Part shown: positions 40,223 through 48,806 of the stretch, in pieces
How the letters are laid out: every line of letters starts with the position of its first letter
Position numbering within the stretch: the stretch's first letter is position 1
Source: an uncultured bacterium
Lineage (GTDB): Bacteria > Verrucomicrobiota > Kiritimatiellia > PWTM01
NCBI GenBank assembly: GCA_937139365.1
Contig: CAKZPT010000079.1
Location: forward strand, 2,581 to 66,580
Direction: 5' to 3'
DNA length: 64,000 bases
Made by a program: the position numbers and the translations under genes
The notes under the pieces: model-generated
Told to the model about the DNA's origin: nothing
Database searches by the model: none
What the model saw: only the letters and a program-made list of their open reading frames with translations

Positions 40223-41098
40223 ATGACACCCCTATTCCTCAGCCGCCGGCAATTTCTGGCCGCAAGCGCGGCGGCCGGCATCGCCCCAGCCGGACGCACC
40301 GCCGCCGAACCGCGCCGTTTCCTGTTCGGCGCATGTCAGGCGCCGGACCGTCTCGCCTTGCTCAAGGAGGCCGGCTACGACTTCCTCGAGGCCGACGTCG
40401 CCGGCCTTCTGATGCCGGCGAAGCCCGACGAGGAGTTCGACCAGAAGACCGCACGGTTTCTGCCCCTCCCCATTCCGATTCGCTCGTGCACCGGCTTTTT
40501 CCCCCACTCGATTCCACTGGTGGGACCCAGCGTGGACATGGCGGCGATCGAGCGGCACGCGGCCACCACGTTCCGCCGCGCCCGGCAACTGGGCATCTCG
40601 TTCATCGTCCTCGGCAGCGGGGGTTCGCGCAAGATCCCAGACGGCTTCGATCCGGCCCGCGCCCGCGAGCAATTCATTGAGGTCGGCCGTCGGCTGGGCC
40701 CGCTGGCGGAGCCCTGCGGCGTGACGGTCGTATTGGAACCGCTCAACCGCGGCGAAACCAACTTCCTCCACACCGTCGAAGAGGGCATCGGAGTAGTTGA
40801 CGCCATCGCCCACCCCAACGTGCAGCTGCTGGCCGACTTCTACCACATGTTGAGGGAGGACGAGGGGCCGGCGTCGATCGAAAAGGCGGGCGCGCGGTTG
40901 CGCCACTGCCACATCGCCGAAAAAAAGGACCGGGCCGCGCCTGGCACGTCAGGCGAGGATTTTCGGCCATTTTTTCACGCACTCAAGAAGATCGGGTACG
41001 CCGGCGGGGTCTCGATCGAGGGCAGATGGAGCAAGGACCTCGCCGCCGACCTTCGTCGCGCGCTGGAGACGATGCGCCGTCAGGCCGCCGAGGCTTGA
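40223..41098 (+). CDS. Tat-exported sugar phosphate isomerase/epimerase (xylose-isomerase-like TIM barrel)
   Basis: SRRQFL Tat signal, GYDFLE, GSGGSR, LEPLNRGE, DFYHM, HCHIAE, SIEG. Confidence 0.85.
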   Translation: MTPLFLSRRQFLAASAAAGIAPAGRTAAEPRRFLFGACQAPDRLALLKEAGYDFLEADVAGLLMPAKPDEEFDQKTARFLPLPIPIRSCTGFFPHSIPLVGPSVDMAAIERHAATTFRRARQLGISFIVLGSGGSRKIPDGFDPARAREQFIEVGRRLGPLAEPCGVTVVLEPLNRGETNFLHTVEEGIGVVDAIAHPNVQLLADFYHMLREDEGPASIEKAGARLRHCHIAEKKDRAAPGTSGEDFRPFFHALKKIGYAGGVSIEGRWSKDLAADLRRALETMRRQAAEA

Positions 41099-41106
41099 AA
41101 AACCTC

Positions 41107-43135
41107 TTACCCTCCGTGAAGGGCGGGGCGGGCGAGCTCGACGACCACCGCGCAGGGCCGGTCGTGGGGGCGGTCCAACAGGAACATGGCCTGCCATTTT
41201 AACGGCGGGTCGGGGCGGCCGTTTTGGTCGCCGCCCCACCAGTGGGCCCCGTCGGCGAACAGGCTCAGCCGGATCCACGTCCACTCGCCGTCGCGCGTCA
41301 GTTCGGCGGCGCGCGCCTGGAAGACCTCCCCGCTGCGGTCCTCAACGCGACAGGTGATCCGGCACGGATCGCCGACCGCGCGCGCCCAAAGGCCCAGCAC
41401 CTCCGGCACGCCCTGGACGGACGCCGCGTCGGGCGCGGAGGGCTGCACCGGAAAATAGGCATAGCCGGTGTCGGTGGTCACGGCGACGCACAGCGCCGGG
41501 CACGTCCACCCGGGCAGAAGCCCTTCCGCTGCGATCGCCCGCGCTTTCGCCCCATGGCGGGGTGCGGGGCGGCCGTCGGAGTTCATACGAACGCGATACC
41601 GGGCCGGATCGAACGGCTGGATCGGCCGCCAGCGGGGGGCATCGGCCTGCGCGATGACGACCGATTCGAGCCATACCTCCGCCCGCGACACGGCGGCCGG
41701 CGCCGGCCGCCGCACCACGACGCGTCCGGAGGGGAGGTCCAGCTCGTGGCGGGTCGCCGTCCCGTCAGCGCCGGCGATGCGCAGGGCGGCGCGAAGCGGC
41801 GGCCCGAACCCTTTCTCGACAATCGCCACCATGTTGTCGTCCGAGGGGCCGGGCGCGACATCCAACGACGTGACGCGCCCGTCGGACCAGTCCCACTGTG
41901 TGGGGCGCTTCAATTCGCCCACGGCGGCGGCGGGCACCGCGATATAGCACGGTGCGTCCGTCAGCCGCACCACGGCGTCGTTGCCCACGCGCGCCGGCGC
42001 GCCAAGGTGTCCCTCGAGAGGCGCACCGACCATGGATGCCGGCAGGCGCAGGTCGGCGCCGCCAGGATCGAGCGTCCACGCGGCCAGCCGCCAGCCGTGG
42101 GTCTCGCGATACAAGAGGACCCAGTCGGCGGGCCTCGATCCGCCGTCGATCCGGGGCAGCGAACACCGGCGATCGAACCGGGCGTCGCCCAGGTGCCGGT
42201 GAAGCGTCACGGCGGCCACATCGGCCGGCTTCGGTGCGAACGCCGGCACGGCGTTGGTGCGCCAGCGATGGGCGACCACGCCGAAATGATGTTCCGGGTC
42301 CTTCGGGTCCAACCCGTCGTCGCGCCAGTCGTACCAGATGGACAGCGGAATGCCGCAAGCCGCGTTGACCAGCCATTCCCGCGGCAACAGGCGCCCCTGG
42401 CGGTCGGCATCAAATTCCTCCCAGACGGCGGAATAGCCCCACTCGCCCGACAGGATGGGCACGGACCGTCCCGAGGGCGCGTATCGGGCGATCAGGTCCC
42501 GCAGCCGTCCGTACTCCGCCGCCACGGTTTCAGGGTCAGTCCGGCGGTAGGGATCACGGTCACGGCGTGCCAGTGCTCCAGCAGGCCGCCACGGAAGCAT
42601 TCCTCGAGAAAGGCCCAGTCGATTTGCGAGACGGCGGGGCCGACGAGCCGCTCCTCCGGCGCGGCGGCGCGCACCTCGCGCGCGACGGCGCGCGCCAGCG
42701 CGATGTAATCGGTGACGTTGGGCGCCGGCTTCCAAAACTTTCTCAGGTTCGGCTCGTTCCAAAGTTCCCAGAGGTGTCCGCGGCCGCCGCCCACCGCGCG
42801 AAAGCCGCCCGTCCCTCTTCCGTGCGCGGCGCCTCGCCGTTGTCGTAATGGGGGTTGCCGTAGTCAAGGATCCAAAGCGCCCGCAGCCGATGGTCCGCGA
42901 GGGTGGCCGCCAGCCGGTCGTACGCCGAAAAATCGTACTCGCCGCGCCGCCGCTCGATCGCCGCCCAGAACATGTCCATCCGGACCCAGCCGACGCCCGT
43001 CGCCGCAAGGGTCTCCATCTCGCCCGGCCGCGGATCGGTGAAATGGATGTTCACGCCGCGTTCGTCGCCGCCGAAAACGCCGGCCGCGGCGGCCGCCCAT
43101 ACGGCCGCGCAAAATCGCCATCGGGTCCGGAGCAT
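41107..43135 (-). pseudogene. Clan GH-A (GH5/GH39-like) glycoside hydrolase, two frameshifts
   Basis: Frame 1: signal peptide, GVNIHF, WVRMD, ILDYGN. Frame 2: WELWNEPN. Frame 3: PYRR..PE, PILSGEWGYS, SIWYDW. Shifts near 42785 and 42555. Confidence 0.75.
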
Positions 43136-43238
43136 GCCGTTCTCTCCGACTTCGGTTTGTCCGGCGGCTCGTCATGACTTACCTTTTCCTCGCTTCGCCG
43201 CCGGTCCGGCGGCACTATAGCAAAGCGAGGAGGATTCG

Positions 43239-43970
43239 ATGAACATGCATCGCGCGATCGCGCTGGCGGCCGCATCGGCGGCGATCAGGGTGGCAGCGGC
43301 CGACCTGAATCCAGCCGCGGTCCCGACCGATCGGATGACCAACGAATGGTGGGCGAAACGCCACGAGGCCAAACTGGCCGACCCGGCCCGCGCCGGCTGC
43401 CGGCTGCTGTTCCTCGGCGACTCGATCACCCAGGGATGGGAGGGGCCGGGGAAGGCCGTGTGGGACCGCTACTACGCCCACCGCGCCCCGTTCAACCTCG
43501 GGTTCAGCGGCGACCGGACCGAGCATGTCCTCTGGCGCCTGGACCACGGCGAAATCGACGGCATGTCGCCGGAGTTGGTCATCCTAATGCTCGGCACGAA
43601 CAACACCGGTCACCGGAAGGATCCGCCCGACCACACGACCGAAGGCATGAAGCTGATACTCGATCGCCTGACCCGCCGGCTGCCTCAGGCCAAGGTCCTC
43701 TTGCTGGCGGTCTTTCCCAGGGAGGCGCGCCCCGATGGAGAGCTGCGCCGCATCAACGACGCACTCAACGAGCGGCTCAAGGCATTGGCGGATGGCGAAC
43801 GGGTGATCTTCGTGGACATCAATGCGAAGTTCCTGGCGCCCGACGGCTCGCTCCCGACAGAGATCATGCCCGACTTCCTTCACCCGAAGGAACAAGGCTA
43901 TGCAATCTGGGCCGCCGCCATCGAGCCGTGGGTGTCGCGGATCCTCGGCGACACGCCCGTGGCGCCCTGA
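43239..43970 (+). CDS. SGNH/GDSL hydrolase (PAF-acetylhydrolase Ib-like, possible carbohydrate esterase)
   Basis: FLGDSIT, NLGFSGDRT, LGTNN, DFLHP. Signal peptide. GAGGAGG RBS. Confidence 0.9.
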   Translation: MNMHRAIALAAASAAIRVAAADLNPAAVPTDRMTNEWWAKRHEAKLADPARAGCRLLFLGDSITQGWEGPGKAVWDRYYAHRAPFNLGFSGDRTEHVLWRLDHGEIDGMSPELVILMLGTNNTGHRKDPPDHTTEGMKLILDRLTRRLPQAKVLLLAVFPREARPDGELRRINDALNERLKALADGERVIFVDINAKFLAPDGSLPTEIMPDFLHPKEQGYAIWAAAIEPWVSRILGDTPVAP

Positions 43971-43990
43971 CCGGGCCGCCGGTCCGCCGC

Positions 43991-44101
43991 TTCCCGGTCT
44001 CGGACACCGAACGGCGTCAGGTTTCCAAAGATTGGGCGCACTTCGCCGCGAAGTGTCCAACCATTGGACACACCTCGCCGGCCGGCCTCCAAGGATGGGA
44101 T
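43991..44101. repeat. Palindromic repeat array 3: 3-4 x TTCCAA-N3-TTGGAA-like, 32-bp period
   Basis: Degenerate TTCCCGGTCTCGGAC at 43991, TTCCAAAGATTGGGC at 44023, GTCCAACCATTGGAC at 44055, CTCCAAGGATGGGAT at 44087. Confidence 0.85.
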
Positions 44102-44135
44102 GCCGTCGCCCGTCGGCCGTGACCGGCCAGGACGA

Positions 44136-45905
44136 CTATTCCTCGACCAGCGTGCGGATGTGAACTTCCCGAAGCTGGCGCGGATCCACCCGCGACGGGG
44201 CGTTCATCATCAGGTCCACGGCCTTCTGCGTCTTCGGGAAGGCGATCACGTCCCGGATCGAGGCGGCGCCGACCATCAGCATCACGAGGCGGTCGAGCCC
44301 GAGGGCAATGCCCCCGTGCGGCGGCGCCCCGTAGCCGAGCGCCTGGATCAGGTGGCCGAAGCGATCGGCGATCTCTTCGTCTGGGAGGCCGAGCCGGCGG
44401 AACATCCGCTGCTGCAGCTCGGGATCGTGGATCCGGATGCTGCCGCCGCCCAGCTCCACACCGTTGAGCACGATGTCGTAAGCCAGCGCGCGCACGGAGA
44501 GCGGATCGGAGTCGAGCCGATCGAGGTCCTCGGGGTGCGGCGCCGTGAACGGATGGTGCATGGCCTGAAGGCGGTTGTCCTCGCCGCGCTCGAACAGGGG
44601 AAATTCTGTGATCCAGACGAACGCCATCGCATCGCCCGCGAGGGCGCCGGCCAGCTCTCCGCACATCAGCCGCAGGCGGCCCAGGAAGGGGTGGACCTTG
44701 TCCGCCTCGTCTGCGGCGAAGAGCACCAGATCCCCGGCCCGGATGTCGAGGCGCGAGGCCAGCTCGGCTTTCTCCCCCTCGCTGAGAAACTTCACGATCG
44801 GGGATTTCCAGGAGCCGTCCGGCTGGACGCGGATATGGGCGAGGCCGCCGAAACCCGACTGTTTGGCCAGTTCCGTCCATTCGTCGGTGACCCTCAACGG
44901 CACCTCGGCCAGGCCGGTGGCGTTGATGGCTTTCACGACATGCCCGCGCTCCACCGCCTGGGCGAACAGCTTGAAGGAGCTGCCCCGGAAGATGTCGGTC
45001 AGGTCGGTGATCGCCAAGCCGAACCGCAGATCGGGCTTGTCGCTGCCGTACCGGCTCATCGCCTCGGCGTAGGGCATCCTCGGAATCGGCGATGGGGGTT
45101 CGGGCCGGCCGGCGGCGCGGCAGACGTCCGCGAGCAGGCCGTCGACGAGGGTGTAGATGTCCTCCGGCTCGATGAACGACATTTCGATGTCGATCTGCGT
45201 GAACTCCGGCTGGCGATCCGCGCGAAGGTCCTCGTCCCGGAAGCAGCGCGCGATCTGCATGTAGCGATCCATGCCGGCCATCATCAGCAGTTGTTTGTAC
45301 TGCTGCGGCGCCTGCGGCAGCGCATAGAACATGCCCGGGTTGACCCGGCTGGGCACCAGGTAGTCCCGCGCCCCCTCCGGCGTGCTCTTGGTGAGGATCG
45401 GCGTCTCGATCTCGAGGAATCCGAGGCGATCGAAATACCGGCGCGCGGCCATCACGATGGCGTGGCGCTGCGCGAGGTTGGCCTGCATACGGGGTCGGCG
45501 CAGGTCGAGGTGGCGGTGGGTCAGTCGCAGGTCTTCCGCAACTCTGGCGGCCCCGGCGTCGTCCAACGGAAACGGCGGCGTGCGGCTTCGGTTGAGCAAT
45601 TGGATCGCCGATCCGCGAACCTCGATGGCGCCGGTCGCAAGGTTCGGGTTGACCATGTCCGCCGGTCGCGGCTCGACCACGCCTTCGACCCGTACGACGT
45701 ATTCCGGCCGGGCCCGCTGGGCCTGCTCCCAAGCCGACTGCGAATCGCGGGGGTCGTACACCACCTGCGTGATGCCGTAGCGGTCGCGCAGGTCGATGAA
45801 CACCAACCCACCGTGGTCGCGGACGGTGTCCACCCACCCGCACAACGCCACGCGCCGGCCGGCGTCGCCGATCCGCAGATCTCCGCAGGTATGGGTCCGC
45901 ATCAT
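44136..45905 (-). CDS. aspS: Aspartate--tRNA ligase
   Basis: MRTHTCG, RDHGGLVFIDLRD, KSTPEGARDYLVPSR, CFRDEDLRADRQPEF, GAPPHGGIALG. Confidence 0.97.
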   Translation of the reverse strand: MMRTHTCGDLRIGDAGRRVALCGWVDTVRDHGGLVFIDLRDRYGITQVVYDPRDSQSAWEQAQRARPEYVVRVEGVVEPRPADMVNPNLATGAIEVRGSAIQLLNRSRTPPFPLDDAGAARVAEDLRLTHRHLDLRRPRMQANLAQRHAIVMAARRYFDRLGFLEIETPILTKSTPEGARDYLVPSRVNPGMFYALPQAPQQYKQLLMMAGMDRYMQIARCFRDEDLRADRQPEFTQIDIEMSFIEPEDIYTLVDGLLADVCRAAGRPEPPSPIPRMPYAEAMSRYGSDKPDLRFGLAITDLTDIFRGSSFKLFAQAVERGHVVKAINATGLAEVPLRVTDEWTELAKQSGFGGLAHIRVQPDGSWKSPIVKFLSEGEKAELASRLDIRAGDLVLFAADEADKVHPFLGRLRLMCGELAGALAGDAMAFVWITEFPLFERGEDNRLQAMHHPFTAPHPEDLDRLDSDPLSVRALAYDIVLNGVELGGGSIRIHDPELQQRMFRRLGLPDEEIADRFGHLIQALGYGAPPHGGIALGLDRLVMLMVGAASIRDVIAFPKTQKAVDLMMNAPSRVDPRQLREVHIRTLVEE

Positions 45906-45937
45906 GACTTTGGGTCCTGTCCGGGGTCGGGCCGGGC

Positions 45938-45966
45938 AGCATAGGCAAGCCCCCCCGCCGCGTCAA
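45938..45966 (-). promoter_or_regulatory. aspS sigma70 promoter
   Basis: TTGACG-N17-TATGCT on the minus strand. Confidence 0.65.
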
Positions 45967-46141
45967 ACACCACCGTTCCGCGCCCTGCCGGCATCGTGAC
46001 CGATGGCGGCCGCGCCGCCCTACGGCCATCCTCCGCACTCCGGCGGCGAACCAACGATCGCCGATGTGCGACGAACCACAGCCCCCCTCGGAGCCGTCAT
46101 CGCGAGTCGGCTTCCCACTCCGTCTTCCCCTGCGCCGGACC

Positions 46142-47683
46142 TCATGCGCCGCCGAGCGGATGCGATGCGTCGCCGTCCCACACGGATGGCAGCGGATGGC
46201 CGGGCTCCGCCGAGGCCGAGGGACCAAACTGCTCGTGGAACCACACTTTGTAGGGGTTGGCGGTCGCCAGGGGCACGTCCTCGTTGCACATGCAGGACCG
46301 GACCGAACGCCACCACTCGTCGTGCGCGCCGGCCAGCTCTGCCACGAGTCCGGGGCGGGCAGCCGCGATATCGCGAGATTCGGCAGGGTCCGTCTCGAGG
46401 TCGAACAGCTGCCACGCCGCAGGTCGGTGGGGCGGCGAGACGGACACCAGGTGGTGGCGGCCGCGACGGACCGTGCACTGGATGAACTTGTACTCATCGA
46501 AATTGGCGCACCGCGGCCAACGGCCGAGGTGGCTGAACAGCGTCCGCTGCGGCCAGTCCGCCGTCGGATCGGCCAGAAGCGGCGCCAAGCTGCGTCCCTC
46601 CCATCCGGCGCGCACCGCGTCGGGCACGGGGACGCGGGCGATGTCGGTCAGCGTGGCGAACAGGTCAACGTGCGCCGCCAGACGCTCGCAATCGGCAGGC
46701 CGGATGCGGCTGGGCCAGTGCGCGAACAGCGGCACCCTCGTGCCGCCCAGCCACGGCGTGCCCTTGGCCCCGCGCATCCCCGCGTTGAACACCTGGGCGC
46801 CGGCGCTGCCGTTGTCCGTGAGATAGAGCCGCAACGTGTTCTCCACTCACCCCCACTGGGCCGGCGCCTCTCGAGGCCGGCCGACGTTGTCGTCGATGTT
46901 TTCGATCATCCCGTAGAAGCCCTCGATCTTCTCCGGCACGCGGCCCGCAAATCCCCGGCGGTAGGTCTCCGGAGCGTGGTGCAGCACATAGGGTGCGTTC
47001 GGCGCGATCTACGCGAAGAATGGGCCGCGCCCGCGGCGCGAGCCGATCCAGCGGATCGCTTGCGCAAAAAGAGCATCGGTGCAGAACCCCTTCGTGCGGA
47101 CGAAGCGGCCGTTGTGACGCACCACCGGATCGAAGTACGTGTTGCCCGGCACGTCGCCGCAACTGCCCTCGTAGGTCTGTCCGATCCCGCCGCCACCGTG
47201 AATGAAGACCTCGTCGAAGCCGCGGCGCGCGGGCTGGTAGGGCGCCTCGTCGCCCAGATGCCATTTGCCGAACGCACCGGTCGCGTAACCCGCCGCCCGG
47301 AGCACCTGAGGCAGCGTGACGGCCTCCAGGCTCATCCGTTCGCGCTCCAGGATCGTGTGCGTCACGCCGAAGCGGAACTCGTGGCGGCCGGTCATGATCG
47401 CACACCTCGTTGGCGCGCAGGTGGGGCCGACGTGGAAGTCGGTGAACCTCACGCTCTCCGCGTGGAGCCGGTCGAGGTGCGGCGTGCGGAGCAACGGGTT
47501 GCCGTGGCAGGCCAGGTCGCCATAGCCTTGGTCGTCCGGGATGACGACGACGATGTTCGGCCGGTCTGTGTCAGCCGCCCGGACCATCCGCCCCGCCCAA
47601 CCGGCGCCGGCCGCGGTCGCCGCGCGCGCCAAAAACTGTCGCCGCCCAAGTCCGTTACGCCATCGCGCGATGCCGTTGGCCAT
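46142..47683 (-). pseudogene. Tat-exported arylsulfatase (S1, Cys-type) with two in-frame stops
   Basis: GRRQFL, RPNIV..DDQGYGD, CAPTR motif, GKWHLG. FFA*IAPNAP (TAG 47009-47011), WG*VENTL (TGA 46847-46849), TDNG, RGAKG..GGTRVP, WQLFDLETDPAE. Confidence 0.85.
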
Positions 47684-47715
47684 GACCGTCCTCCTTGATC
47701 CCGCGCATCGATCGA

Positions 47716-48716
47716 TCACCCGGCCGCGACGATGTCCGCGTCGAACTCCAACCGGATCACGAGCACCTCATTGGCCCGCTCGTTCACAGGCAGACGCCAC
47801 AGCCGCAGGTACGCCGTCTGCTCCCGGTGGTCGCTCGGCAGCATCTCGACCGACCGCCGCACCGCCTCGCCCGTGTTGAGGAGAACCGCCCTCGCCGGCG
47901 CCGTCCGCATCGGGTTCAGCTTCACGGCGTTGCAAAGCCGACGCCTCGGCCGCTTTCGCGTCGTACTCGCGCTCCGGCGTCCCGAAGTCCCCCTCGTCGA
48001 ACCCACGGTTGTTGATGACGATCCCGGGCTGCAGCTCGCGGATCATCGCGTTCACCGACGGGTCGCGGTGTTGCGGCACATTCATGTCCCACCAGAACCC
48101 GTGGATCCGACCGTAGTTCGTGCACAGTTCCCGCACCTGCTCGCGCAAGAAGTCCATGTAGCGATCCCAGTCCGGCGTGTCCCCCGGCTGCGGCGGCAGC
48201 TCGTGATGCCGGCCCTGGTTGGGATAGCAGGGGTGGGTCCAGTCGGCGATCGAAAGGCACAACGGCATGCGGCGCCGGTGGCCGGCGTCGGCGAGCATCG
48301 CCAGCACGTCCCTCCCGTACGGCGTGTTCATTGTGTTGAACGCCGTCTGCCGGGTGTCCCACAAGCAGAAGCCGTCGTGGTGCTTGGTCGTGAAACACAC
48401 GTACCGCATACCGGCCTCGGCGGCGAGGTCCAGCCATTGGTCGAGATCGTAGTGCCGCGGCTTCCACTGCCGGGCCAGCCTCACGTATTCTGCTAGCGGC
48501 GCCCGCCCCCGCCATTGTTCCTGCTCGTGAACCCCCCGAATGGCGACCCCAGTGGATGAACAGGCCGAACCGCGCTTCGAAAAACCAGTCGCGCCGGTCC
48601 CTGAACCGCGGGATGCCCGCCCGACGCACCGCCGCCGGGGCCGACGGCGCCGCCGCACCGCTCGCGCCCGCCGCCAGCGCCGCCGCACTTCCTGCCAGAA
48701 ACCGCCGCCGGTTCAC
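47716..48716 (-). pseudogene. Tat-exported alpha-L-fucosidase (GH29), frameshifted and internally deleted
   Basis: NRRRFL, WFFEARFGLFIHWG, then a frame change to TTKHHDGFCLW, GFWWD, NNR, GDFGTPE. C-terminal piece in the 47716..48006 ORF. Confidence 0.8.
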
Positions 48717-48806
48717 TCCGCGCCTCCTCCTGGTTCCGGCTTAGCCGCCCGGCCGACGTCGGGCAATCTTCAGGCGTTTTTGATATGCTCCGTCCGCGTG
48801 ACTTCG

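Noticed and set aside
43991-44101. CRISPR array interpretation of the 32-bp periodic repeats
   Set aside because: Repeats are only 15 bp and degenerate, spacers are 17 bp, there are 2-4 units per locus, and no leader or cas genes are present.
4638-47011. Stop-codon reassignment (TGA=Trp, TAG readthrough) explaining the in-frame stops
   Set aside because: Internal stops are of all three types and replace different expected residues (W, G, L, Y). TGA and TAG terminate many intact genes normally.
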